From Polyangiales bacterium (GTDB lineage Bacteria; Myxococcota_A; Polyangia; Polyangiales; CBDCBC01), in contig OZ243942.1 of the NCBI GenBank assembly GCA_965214225.1, positions 2,583,779 to 2,647,778 on the forward strand: a stretch of DNA of 64,000 nucleotides, read 5' to 3'. Below the pieces are notes generated by a model. That model was not told the DNA's origin. It ran no database searches and was given only the letters and a program-made list of their open reading frames with translations. Made by a program: the position numbers and the translations under genes. The stretch's first letter is position 1. Every line of letters begins with the position of its first letter. Shown piece by piece: positions 1 through 9,698 of the stretch.

Positions 1-181
1 CAAGAGTGGCGATGCCTAGGATACCGAATAGCAGCCATCCCACGAGGAGGTTAAGCAATCCAAAGATTGCTCCAGCCCATAGGGCGCCTCCTAGTCCTGA
101 GACGCGCATCCCCGGAAGAACAGCCGCTGCTATCCACACCGACGCGGAAAGAATAAGCCAGGTGATCAATGTGTTTGTCAT
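1..181 (-). CDS. YvlD/DUF360 (Phage_holin_4_2 family) small membrane protein, C-terminal end cut by window edge
   Basis: ATG at 181 read leftward gives MTNTLITWLILSASVWIAAAVLPGMRVSGLGGALWAGAIFGLLNLLVGWLLFGILGIATL, open to the edge. The hydrophobic pattern resembles the YvlD family. It is absent from the ORF track because no stop lies inside the window. Confidence 0.55.
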   Translation of the reverse strand, partial: MTNTLITWLILSASVWIAAAVLPGMRVSGLGGALWAGAIFGLLNLLVGWLLFGILGIATL

Positions 182-296
182 GCGAGGCCCTTACGCGCGA
201 ATGCTTCAGAGTCAACCTGCGGATGAAGTGCAGCATGCTTGGACTGAGTAGGTGCTCTCGCCGCCTGGGAAGTATCACCCGCCGCGCGTGCGAGCG

Positions 297-1241
297 TCAC
301 CTCTGCCGCACTTGTTCGTTGAGCAACCGCTCTTTGAGAGAAACTTCGAAGGGTCTACTTGCTTCTCCGAAGTAGATGGACTGGTGAGGGAATGGAATCT
401 CGATGCCGGCCTCATCAAAGGCATACTTGATGCGCCTGTTCATCTCACGGCCCACCATCCACTGCTTGCCGGGTTTTGCCTTGACGCGGGATTTGATCAC
501 GACCGCTGAGTCGCCGAAAGAGTCGACACCTAAGACATCGAGAGGCTCGATGATCACGGCCTTGTATTCCTCCTCCTCCTGGAGCTTAGCAGCGACGCCA
601 CGCAAGACGTCAATAACCTTGTCGGTATCCTCTTTGTAGGCCACTCCCGTTTCGAAGACGTAGTACGAAAAGTCGTGGGTCATATTGGAGAGGGTTTCGA
701 TGGTTCCGTTTGGAAATACATGAATGACGCCGTCTAGACTGCGCAGAGTGATAGTGCGGAGGTTGATGCGTTCGACCGCACCACCCGTCCCGTTGACAAC
801 AGCTACGTCTCCCACACGAACCTGATTCTCCACGAGCATCATCAACCCTGTGATGACGTCGCGAACGAGGTTCTGCGCCCCGAAACCGACCGCGAGTCCG
901 AGCACTCCGGCGCCCGCGAGAACGGGGCCGATGTCAAAACCGGCTTCCTTGAGGATCATCAGGCCGGCCAGGGTCCAAGCTGTGACAATAAGCGTGGCAA
1001 GTAGGATCCCGCTGAGAGTTTCCGCGCGTTTGCGTGTCTCTTCCGAAGCCTGGCCGCTACGGCGGGTCATATGCGTGTTGAGGCGCTCTGTGAACTTCGG
1101 CAGGGCTCGCCTCAAGAGTGTCACCACAAACCAGGTCACGACTAGAATCAGAACGATACGGACTGCAGCGCCCACCAGCACGCTAAGCCTGTCCACTGAG
1201 AGAAAGTCTCTCACGCCATCCCACGACATCTGTACCTCCAC
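297..1241 (-). CDS. Mechanosensitive ion channel, MscS family
   Basis: 314-aa ORF with N-terminal TM helices followed by an MscS-type core (GFGAQNLVRDVITGLMMLVENQVRVGDVAVVNGTGGAVERINLRTITLRSLDG). Confidence 0.9.
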   Translation of the reverse strand: MEVQMSWDGVRDFLSVDRLSVLVGAAVRIVLILVVTWFVVTLLRRALPKFTERLNTHMTRRSGQASEETRKRAETLSGILLATLIVTAWTLAGLMILKEAGFDIGPVLAGAGVLGLAVGFGAQNLVRDVITGLMMLVENQVRVGDVAVVNGTGGAVERINLRTITLRSLDGVIHVFPNGTIETLSNMTHDFSYYVFETGVAYKEDTDKVIDVLRGVAAKLQEEEEYKAVIIEPLDVLGVDSFGDSAVVIKSRVKAKPGKQWMVGREMNRRIKYAFDEAGIEIPFPHQSIYFGEASRPFEVSLKERLLNEQVRQR

Positions 1242-2268
1242 CAGATGGTTATTGCGCTCAAAGCGTCCGCTTCCTGGTGCGAACGCTCCTTCTTATACGC
1301 GCCTGTTGTACGCGCTTAGCGCGCGATCTCAAGTCGAAGGCGTGGCTTGAGCTCCACCCATAAACGAGGTCTCTACGGATACGGAGGCCTGGGGCCAGCC
1401 CATGCCCAACCGAGAAGCGCTTTTTCCAGACGCACACTCAGATGACACAGTGAGACGTTTTGCTACGCCCTCAGGCAGAATGCTCTCTGCGGGTTGCATG
1501 AGGCCTACGATGGCCTCATCGGGATCAACGGACCTATCGCCAAGCGTTTGTCAGCTCCCAGAGCATCTATACCACGCGCCAGTCGCTCCGCTCGAATCAT
1601 CCAGCCATATGGCACGTCCTATGCATTGCTTACCATGCATTGCTGTGGCGCAATCGCAACGCCGCTGACGCATCCCAGTCCGCCTCCGCGGCGTACTTAG
1701 CGTTCCCGCAGTCAACACTCTTGCCGGTAGCTCCTTTGCCGATAGAACTGTGTACTTAGGCGCTTAGCGGTAGAGGTCGGCCATTCCGAACGACACAGGC
1801 CGGAAATGATGAGATGAGCTTACGCACGACCACAGCCTCCAGAGACCACGCGCCTGCGAAAGAGGACGTCACGCGTGGACTACGTCATCAGGCCATCGGC
1901 CGACGTGAATCAGATAAGGCTCTAGACGAGCTTGTGTCTGCGCTCGAAGGGTCACTCCCTGATAGTGCGAGCTGGAAGCACGCTTTTGATGCTCTTGCCT
2001 CGCACCTATCGGGGCAGGTGTCTGAGGTACATGGGACGCTTTTTGAAAAGTGTGACGACAGCGTGCACAGATGTGGCAAGGTCACGGTCTCGCATGGTAG
2101 AGTCCCGGGATCTGGTTCGACAGATAGATCCGTCGGCGCTCGAGATGCGGCATAGCCGACACAGATTAAGGTTTTCCCTCACGTCTATCATGCACCTGTT
2201 TCACGTTTTACCTTACGACGACCGGCGAGCACGGCTGGGAGCATCATGTTGAGCTTCGGAGGTGTAGC

Positions 2269-4305
2269 TTGAAAGAAGCCGAGCACCAAAGAGTTGGGGC
2301 GACGGGTGGTTCTCCGCGTTCTCATCTAGACCCCGAGCTTCGGCAGCGGGTGTGGATTGCCGCAATAACTCCTCAGGTTGAAGGGGGGAGGTGGCCCAGC
2401 AAGGCGGTGGTAGGAGAGGCCGTCAAGGTGCAGGCGGACCTGGTGTGCGACGGTCACGACCTTGTAGGTGGTGCAGTACTATTCCAAGCTCCAGGCGCTG
2501 CTACGTGGAGCGAGGTCCCCCTGTCGTCCTTAGTGAATGACCGGTTTGAAGCACGTTTCGTGGTGGATCGTCCTGGCTTCTGGCGGTTCATGGTAGAGGC
2601 CTGGGTGAACACTTTTTCCACCTGGAGACGCGGTTTGGAGAAGAAGGTCGCTGCACAGCAGGACGTTAGGGTGGAGCTCATGGAGGGCCAGAACCTTGTT
2701 TCGGCGGCCGCCGACAGAGCGGGTGCTGAGGATAAGGAGCGTCTCCTTCAGTTGGCTCAGCGTTTTAGCCAAGGCGCACCTGAAGCGGCCGTACGTGTCG
2801 CGCTGAGTGATGACCTTGCTGCGCTCATGGAGCTTTATCCCGACCGGGTCGCTGCACGTCGGCATGAGCCGCCGCTTGAGGTTCGCGTAGACCGCGTCAA
2901 AGCACGCTTTTCGGCCTGGTATGAGTTCTTCCCCCGCTCAACGGGAGCGGGAGGACGCCATGGTACCTTCAAAAGCGCCGAAGCCATGCTCGAGTACGTT
3001 GCTTCGCTCGGCTTTGACACCGTCTACCTTCCGCCCATTCATCCAATCGGGCTCGCACACCGGAAGGGACGGAACAATACCTTAAAAGCCAACGAGAGCG
3101 ATCCCGGTAGTCCGTGGGCGATTGGTGCGAAGGAGGGCGGGCACAAATCGGTCCACCCTCAGCTTGGAAGCCTCGAAGATTTTCGAGGCTTCGTGGAAGC
3201 GGCGCGCTTGTTGGATCTCGACGTGGCGCTCGATATCGCTTTTCAAGCCTCACCCGATCATCCGTACGTCAAGGAACATCCCGAGTGGTTTACCCAAAGG
3301 CCCGACGGAACGATCCAGTATGCGGAGAATCCGCCGAAAAAGTATCAAGACATCTACCCGATCAACTTTGCGAGTGACGGTTGGCAGGCTCTTTGGGAAG
3401 AACTACGGAGCGTGTTCGAGTTCTGGATCTCTCACGGTGTCACAGTTTTTCGGGTAGACAATCCGCACACCAAACCGCTCTCGTTTTGGTCGTGGTGCCT
3501 CCGCTCCCTCCAGGAGCAACACCCGGAGGTTATCTTCTTGTCGGAAGCCTTCACCAGGCCGAAGCTGATGTACGCTCTGGCCAAGGCTGGTTTCTCGCAG
3601 TCTTACACCTACTTTACCTGGCGTGAGTCAAAGGAAGACCTTCAGCGCTACTTGGAAGAATTAACGTCCGACGAGGTGCGGCAGTTCTTTCGACCTAACT
3701 TCTGGCCCAACACCCCGGACATTCTTCCCGGGCACTTGCAGCACGGTGGGCGTCCTGCTTTTTGTGCACGCCTGGTGCTCGCAGCCACTCTGAGCAGCAA
3801 CTATGGCATCTATGGACCCGCCTACGAGCTGATGGACCACGTGCCGCGTCCCAGCGCAGAAGAGTACCTCGACAACGAAAAGTACGAGCTCAGGCACTGG
3901 AATCTCGATGCCCCTGACAGCTTGCGAGGCCTATGCAAGCGCTTAAACATGATCCGCCGTGCCCACGTCGCACTTCAGTCGATGGAGGGCTTGTTCTTTC
4001 ATCAGACGGATAATCCGCACCTGATTTGCTACAGCCGCGTCAGCGAGGAAGCTAAGGACCTTCTGCTAATCGTGGTTAACCTGGACTTCTATCACACGCA
4101 ATCGGGTTGGCTTGACCTCCAGCTAGACCAGCTTGGACTCGAGGCGCATCAGAGCTACCAGGTGCACGACCTGCTATCTGAGGAGCGGCACACGTGGTAT
4201 GGTGGCCGCAACTTCGTCATGCTCGACCCCCACGCCATGCCAGCGCACATCCTAAGAATCAATCGGTTCGTACGCCGAGAGAACGACTTCGACTACTGGG
4301 CTTAG
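2269..4305 (+). CDS. glgE: Alpha-1,4-glucan:maltose-1-phosphate maltosyltransferase GlgE
   Basis: 678-aa ORF with GlgE-type GH13 motifs (FDTVYLPPIHPIG..HRKGRNN, FRVDNPHTKP, EAFTRPK). TTG 2269 is the longest start; the true start is uncertain. Confidence 0.9.
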   Translation: MKEAEHQRVGATGGSPRSHLDPELRQRVWIAAITPQVEGGRWPSKAVVGEAVKVQADLVCDGHDLVGGAVLFQAPGAATWSEVPLSSLVNDRFEARFVVDRPGFWRFMVEAWVNTFSTWRRGLEKKVAAQQDVRVELMEGQNLVSAAADRAGAEDKERLLQLAQRFSQGAPEAAVRVALSDDLAALMELYPDRVAARRHEPPLEVRVDRVKARFSAWYEFFPRSTGAGGRHGTFKSAEAMLEYVASLGFDTVYLPPIHPIGLAHRKGRNNTLKANESDPGSPWAIGAKEGGHKSVHPQLGSLEDFRGFVEAARLLDLDVALDIAFQASPDHPYVKEHPEWFTQRPDGTIQYAENPPKKYQDIYPINFASDGWQALWEELRSVFEFWISHGVTVFRVDNPHTKPLSFWSWCLRSLQEQHPEVIFLSEAFTRPKLMYALAKAGFSQSYTYFTWRESKEDLQRYLEELTSDEVRQFFRPNFWPNTPDILPGHLQHGGRPAFCARLVLAATLSSNYGIYGPAYELMDHVPRPSAEEYLDNEKYELRHWNLDAPDSLRGLCKRLNMIRRAHVALQSMEGLFFHQTDNPHLICYSRVSEEAKDLLLIVVNLDFYHTQSGWLDLQLDQLGLEAHQSYQVHDLLSEERHTWYGGRNFVMLDPHAMPAHILRINRFVRRENDFDYWA

Positions 4306-4325
4306 AGAAACGTCGAGGAGTATCG

Positions 4326-7300
4326 GTGAAACGTCGAGGAATATCTAAGCTCGTTCGCGAGCCGCACTGGTATAAAGATGCTGTCATCTATGAGCTGCAC
4401 GTGCGCGCGTTTTGCGACTCCAACGGAGACGGCATTGGAGATTTTGCCGGTCTGGCAAGTAAGATGGATTACCTGGAGGAGCTTGGCGCAACCGCGCTGT
4501 GGCTCTTGCCTTTCTACCCTTCACCGCTGAAAGACGACGGATACGACATCTCAGATTACATGAATGTTAATCCGGCGTACGGCTCTCTTGCTGACTTCAA
4601 GAAGGTATTGAAAGAAGCGCATCGCCGAGGCATTCGCGTCATCACTGAACTCGTCATCAACCACACATCGAGTGAGCACCCTTGGTTTCAGCGGGCGCGT
4701 CACGCCCCTCCCGGAAGCCGCCATCGGAACTTCTATGTGTGGTCCGATACGCCCGAGCGCTACAGCGGCGCGCGCATCATCTTTCAAGATTTTGAAACGT
4801 CCAACTGGAGTTGGGATCCGGTAGCGAAGGCCTACTACTGGCATCGCTTCTATTCGCACCAACCTGATCTCAACTTCGAAAATCCGGAGATGCAGAAGGC
4901 GCTGCTCAAAGTGCTCGACTTTTGGATGAGCATGGGGGTTGACGGCATGCGGCTGGATGCCGTGCCTTACCTGTTCGAGCGGGACGGAACGAACTGCGAA
5001 AACCTCTCCGAGACCCATGCCTATCTCAAGACGCTGCGCAGCTACGTCGACGAGAAGTACGAAGACCGCGTGCTACTGGCCGAAGCGAATCAATGGCCGG
5101 AAGATGCGGCAGCTTATTTCGGTTCAGGCGATGAATGCCACATGAACTTCCACTTTCCCTTGATGCCGCGCATGTTCATGGCGCTTCATCTAGAAGATCG
5201 ATTTCCTATTGCTGACATTTTGGATCAAACGCCGGAGATACCAGACGCATGTCAGTGGGCGCTCTTCCTGCGGAACCACGATGAGCTGACGCTCGAAATG
5301 GTGACGGATGAAGACCGAGACTACATGTGGCGCGTCTACGCGGAGGACAGTCAGGCCCGGATAAACCTTGGCATCCGTCGGCGTCTGGCGCCTCTTGTAC
5401 GCACGCGTCCCAAGATCGAACTGCTAAACGCGCTGTTGTTCTCGCTGCCCGGAACCCCCGTCATCTATTACGGCGACGAGCTTGGCATGGGCGACAACAT
5501 CTACCTGGGTGATCGAGATGGTGTGCGTACGCCGATGCAGTGGAGTCCCGATAGGAATGCGGGGTTTTCGCGGGCGAACCCGCAGCGCCTTTACCTCCCC
5601 ATTATCGTGGACCCGGAATACCACTACGAGGCGATCAACGTCGACACGGAGCTCAGCAATCCCTCGTCGCTACTCTGGTGGATCAAGCGTCTCATCTCCT
5701 TACGCACCCGCCATAAAGTCTTCGGAAGAGGTACGCTCGAGGTCCTTCATCCAGAGAACAAGAAGGTGCTCGCTTTCGTGCGCGCTTATGAAGGCGAGCG
5801 AATCTTAGTCATCGCCAACCTCTCAAGACACCCCCAGCACGTCAACCTCGACCTGGCTGAGTTCGCCGGTTTGGTTCCTGAAGAGCTGTTTGGACGCGTG
5901 CCGTTCCCCGCGATCACGCAGAGCCCTTACGCACTGTCGCTGAGTCCGTATGGCTTCTTCTGGTTTGAGCTCGTCGAACCTTCAGCGAGTGCACGCGGAT
6001 CCAGTGACCTTCCATCGCTAGAGGGTGTCACGCGCCTGAGCGACATTTTGCAGGGCGCGCTCAGAGGCCGCATCGAAAGCTACCTCTCTGGCTACTTGCA
6101 ACAACAGCGGTGGTTCAGATCGAAAGCGCGGCGCGTGAGAACCATCCAGATCGACGATGAGCTGTCGCTTTCTGAGACCGCTCTTCTGTTGTTCGTGAGG
6201 GTTGAGTATTACGAGGGACCGGAAGAAATCTACCTCGTGCCACTCGCTCTCTGTGAGGGTGAGGCAGCTGATCATATTCTAAGAGACTCTTCAACCTCTG
6301 TTCTTGCTCGCGTCGAGCGCGGTCCGGAGTCTGGAAGTGTGGTCATATGCGAAGCATCAATCATGGAAGGCTTCGGACAGCTTCTACTCAAGACGTTGAT
6401 TCAGCGTAAGAGCACGAAGACCAAGCAGGGCAAGCTCCTGAGCACTTCTCGGCTAAAGCTGCAGGAAGAGATTGGGCGACCACGCATAGGTCCAGCAGAG
6501 CAGACCAATACCAGCATCATCTACGGGGAGTCTCTTTTCCTAAAGTTGCTTCGCGTCGTTGAAGAAGGCGTCAACCCCGATGTAGAGCTTCTGCACTACC
6601 TAAACGAGCGCACGTCCTTCAGCCACGTTCCCGAGTCAGTGGGTTCGCTCGAATATCAATCGAGGAGCAAGAAGAAGGCAACAGTTGCCGCGCTACAGGT
6701 TTACGTTCCAAACCAGGGCGATGTCTGGAAGGTGATGCTTGAGACGCTTGACCGTTTCAGCGAAAGAGCCCTAGCGCAGTCTTCCGCGAAGCATCCCCCG
6801 CTGCCTGAGGGGTCGTGGATGGAGCGGCGCAACGAAGAACCACCCGAGCCGGTGCGTGAGGCGTTAGGGCATGTGATTCCGCTCATGCGGCTTTTGGGGC
6901 AGCGTACCGCCGAAATGCACGCGGCGTTAGCGCAAGATGTCCGTGATACCCAGTTTGCTCCTGAACCGTTCACAGAGCTTTACCAGCGGTCCCTCTACCA
7001 GTCGTCTCGCACCCGTTGGGTAGCTGCGATGGACACGCTGCGTCATAAGGTTCGCGATCTGAGTGAAGAGGATCAACATCAGGCGCAGGAGCTCCTACAG
7101 AAGCGTCGCGTGGTGGAAAAACATCTCAAAACAATCATGCAGCGCAGTGTGCGTGCGCAGCGAACGCGCGTCCATGGTGACTTCCACCTTGGTCAAGTCC
7201 TCTTCACCGGGAAGGACTTTGTCATCATCGATTTTGAGGGCGAGCCTGCCAAGCCGTTGAGCGAGCGGCGTTTCAAACGCTCGCCGCTTACCGATGTGGC

Positions 7301-7637
7301 CGGCATGATCCGTTCCTTCCACTACGCTGCTGCAACCACGCTTCGGCAGCACGACGAGGCGGAACGCGAGTGGGAGGGCCTGCGCCTGTGGTTCAAGGTA
7401 TGGGCCGAGTGGGTGAGTACCATCTACTTCAACGCGTATCTCGAGGTTTCGTCCGAATCCACTGCGCCATCGGATTGTCCGATATTGCCAGCCTCCCCTG
7501 AAGACCTGGAGCAAATGCTGCAGTTCTACTTGCTGGATAAGTGTATCTATGAGTTGAAGTACGAGCTGAACAATCGCATCGATTGGGTGAGCATACCTCT
7601 CCGGGCGCTAGGGGAACTGTTAGCGGAGCGGGAGTAG
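4326..7637 (+). CDS. treS: Trehalose synthase fused to maltokinase (TreS-Mak/Pep2)
   Basis: N-terminal GH13 TreS motifs (HWYKDAVIYELHVRAF, GMRLDAVPYL, FLRNHDELTLEMV) with a C-terminal kinase fold (RVHGDFHLGQVLFTGKDFVIIDFEGEP). Start moved from 4194 to in-frame GTG 4326, which has GAGGAG 5 nt upstream and avoids a long overlap with glgE. Confidence 0.9.
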   Translation: MKRRGISKLVREPHWYKDAVIYELHVRAFCDSNGDGIGDFAGLASKMDYLEELGATALWLLPFYPSPLKDDGYDISDYMNVNPAYGSLADFKKVLKEAHRRGIRVITELVINHTSSEHPWFQRARHAPPGSRHRNFYVWSDTPERYSGARIIFQDFETSNWSWDPVAKAYYWHRFYSHQPDLNFENPEMQKALLKVLDFWMSMGVDGMRLDAVPYLFERDGTNCENLSETHAYLKTLRSYVDEKYEDRVLLAEANQWPEDAAAYFGSGDECHMNFHFPLMPRMFMALHLEDRFPIADILDQTPEIPDACQWALFLRNHDELTLEMVTDEDRDYMWRVYAEDSQARINLGIRRRLAPLVRTRPKIELLNALLFSLPGTPVIYYGDELGMGDNIYLGDRDGVRTPMQWSPDRNAGFSRANPQRLYLPIIVDPEYHYEAINVDTELSNPSSLLWWIKRLISLRTRHKVFGRGTLEVLHPENKKVLAFVRAYEGERILVIANLSRHPQHVNLDLAEFAGLVPEELFGRVPFPAITQSPYALSLSPYGFFWFELVEPSASARGSSDLPSLEGVTRLSDILQGALRGRIESYLSGYLQQQRWFRSKARRVRTIQIDDELSLSETALLLFVRVEYYEGPEEIYLVPLALCEGEAADHILRDSSTSVLARVERGPESGSVVICEASIMEGFGQLLLKTLIQRKSTKTKQGKLLSTSRLKLQEEIGRPRIGPAEQTNTSIIYGESLFLKLLRVVEEGVNPDVELLHYLNERTSFSHVPESVGSLEYQSRSKKKATVAALQVYVPNQGDVWKVMLETLDRFSERALAQSSAKHPPLPEGSWMERRNEEPPEPVREALGHVIPLMRLLGQRTAEMHAALAQDVRDTQFAPEPFTELYQRSLYQSSRTRWVAAMDTLRHKVRDLSEEDQHQAQELLQKRRVVEKHLKTIMQRSVRAQRTRVHGDFHLGQVLFTGKDFVIIDFEGEPAKPLSERRFKRSPLTDVAGMIRSFHYAAATTLRQHDEAEREWEGLRLWFKVWAEWVSTIYFNAYLEVSSESTAPSDCPILPASPEDLEQMLQFYLLDKCIYELKYELNNRIDWVSIPLRALGELLAERE

Positions 7638-7643
7638 CACCGC

Positions 7644-9698
7644 ATGACGCCTGGCTTGGATCGACTGGCCGACCTCTATGGTCTGCACACGTCCTACATC
7701 GATGCCTTCGGCACGCAGAGGTCGGCAAGCGAGTCGTCGCTGCTAGCAACCCTTCGATGCCTGGGTGCGCCAGTGGCATCATCCGCTGATGTGCCGCAAG
7801 CGCTTGAGGCCCTTGAACAGCAGCTTAGCCAAGACCTGTGCGAGCCAGTGCATTTGGCTACGGCTTCCGACCACCTCTCCCTTCCGATGCAAGTACCAGA
7901 TGGTCTGATGCAGACTGTAGTTGACGTCGACGTCCTTCTCGAGGATGGTGCGTGCCGCAACTATGCGGTACCCGTTGCGGACTGCAGCCGCTTCAGTAGC
8001 ACCCGTTCCGGCTGCACGGGTGTCCTGCTTCGGGTCGACCAAGCCATCCCAGTTGGTTACCATCAACTCCATCTTCGCATCGCTGGGTTGGAAGCCTCCC
8101 CATGGATCTTAGCAGCCCCCGATAAAGCTTTAGCCATCCAAAAGCGCCAGTGGGGGGCGTTCGCGCCTCTTTATGCTCTGCAAGAGACGGTCGAAGGTCC
8201 GTCTGACTTTGGAACCCTCCAGCGTTGTGTCGATTTTATCCGCGACGTGGGTGGGCATGCTGTGGCGACGTTGCCTCTGTTGCCGACGTTTCTCGACGAT
8301 CCTTACGACCCGAGCCCGTATGCGCCTGTTAGTCGCCTGTTTTGGAACGAGTACTACCTCGACTTCAAGCAACTCATGCGCAAGCCGGAGGGCAGCGCTG
8401 CAGCTGTTCGGCAGAAAGCTCCGGCAGTTCTGGAGTCTCTCGAGGAACTCGCCCAGGCTCCCTTCCTTGATTACCGGCAAGAGATGAAGCTTAAGCGGCA
8501 GTTGTTAGAGCAGCTAGCTGAGGCCTTTTTTGCTCAATCTGGATCTGAGCGGGATGCTTTCACCAGCTATTTCCAAGCCCATCCGTTATTAGCGAAGTAC
8601 GCTGCCTTTCGCGCGGAGACGGAGCGCCGAAAGACGTCATGGCGGAACTGGGCGGTGACTCCTCACGTACCGGCCGATGCATCGGACCCAACGGCGCGCT
8701 ACCACGCGTACGTTCAGTGGAGGGCGGCCCAGCAGCTGGATCAGGTAAGTGAAGATGCACGCTCCCTCGGCATGGGCCTCTACCTCGACCTGCCGGTTGG
8801 CGTCCATGGCGCAGGCTTCGATGTCTACCACGCGCCGGAGGAGTTTCTGGAAGGAACTTCTCTAGGAGCGCCAGCGGATCCCATGTTCAGTCAGGGGCAG
8901 CACTGGGGAACGACTCCGATGCATCCTCGAAAGATTAGGGAGAGCGGTTACCGCTACTTCCGCGATAGCATCCAGCACCACGCGCGCGTTGCCGGTGGAC
9001 TGCGTATCGACCACATCATGGGCCTGCATCGCGCTTACTGCATACCTGATGGTGCGGCTGCTACTGAGGGCGTTTACGTCAAATACCGACCCGAGGAACT
9101 CTACGCGGTACTCAAGATTGAGTCGGAGCGAAACAACACCGTGATGTTCGGCGAGGACCTGGGAACGGTGCCTGAGGGTGTGCGTGAGGCGATGCGCGAT
9201 GATGGCATCTATCGGATGCACGTTGTGCAGTACGAGCTTGAAGACACTCAAGCTAATCCTTTCGCATCTGTACCAGAAGATTCAGTTGCGAGTTTGAATA
9301 CGCATGACATGCCGCCTTTCATCTCGTGGTGGACCGGCAGCGACATCGACGCACGTGACGGTGAGAACAAGTTGTCATTAGAAGATATGACTCAAGCTAA
9401 GGCTGGTAGAAAGGCCGCACGTGAGTTGATCCTGTCGCTTGCCTCAATAGATGAGAACTCCCCTGAGCAAGCGTTGCGGTGGATTTTGAGTGAGCTGATG
9501 AGAAGCCAGGCCGGCCTATGCTTGATCAACCTTGAAGACTTATGGCTCGAGTCCCGACCACAGAACATTCCAGGCACGGGCCATGAGCGGCCCAACTGGC
9601 GGCGGCGGTTGAGCCATCCCCTTGATAGCTTACGTGAGTTGGCAGAAGTGCGGCAGGTGCTTAGCCAGCTGTCAGAGGAAAGGCGTAAACATGGCTGA
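7644..9698 (+). CDS. malQ: 4-alpha-glucanotransferase (amylomaltase, GH77)
   Basis: 684-aa ORF with motifs [31 protein letters not shown] and SLNTHDMPP. Confidence 0.9.
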   Translation: MTPGLDRLADLYGLHTSYIDAFGTQRSASESSLLATLRCLGAPVASSADVPQALEALEQQLSQDLCEPVHLATASDHLSLPMQVPDGLMQTVVDVDVLLEDGACRNYAVPVADCSRFSSTRSGCTGVLLRVDQAIPVGYHQLHLRIAGLEASPWILAAPDKALAIQKRQWGAFAPLYALQETVEGPSDFGTLQRCVDFIRDVGGHAVATLPLLPTFLDDPYDPSPYAPVSRLFWNEYYLDFKQLMRKPEGSAAAVRQKAPAVLESLEELAQAPFLDYRQEMKLKRQLLEQLAEAFFAQSGSERDAFTSYFQAHPLLAKYAAFRAETERRKTSWRNWAVTPHVPADASDPTARYHAYVQWRAAQQLDQVSEDARSLGMGLYLDLPVGVHGAGFDVYHAPEEFLEGTSLGAPADPMFSQGQHWGTTPMHPRKIRESGYRYFRDSIQHHARVAGGLRIDHIMGLHRAYCIPDGAAATEGVYVKYRPEELYAVLKIESERNNTVMFGEDLGTVPEGVREAMRDDGIYRMHVVQYELEDTQANPFASVPEDSVASLNTHDMPPFISWWTGSDIDARDGENKLSLEDMTQAKAGRKAARELILSLASIDENSPEQALRWILSELMRSQAGLCLINLEDLWLESRPQNIPGTGHERPNWRRRLSHPLDSLRELAEVRQVLSQLSEERRKHG

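Noticed and set aside
1814-2155. 113-aa ORF in the mscS-glgE gap as a real gene.
   Set aside because: No recognisable motif, no clear ribosome-binding site, mixed third-position composition, and overlap by several other ORFs of similar quality. Left unannotated pending a homology search.
4194-4325. Track start of the treS ORF at 4194, overlapping glgE by 112 nt.
   Set aside because: The encoded extension (MVWWPQLRHARPPRH...) is Arg/Pro-rich out-of-frame glgE sequence. GTG 4326 has a strong GAGGAG Shine-Dalgarno sequence and lies just after the glgE stop.
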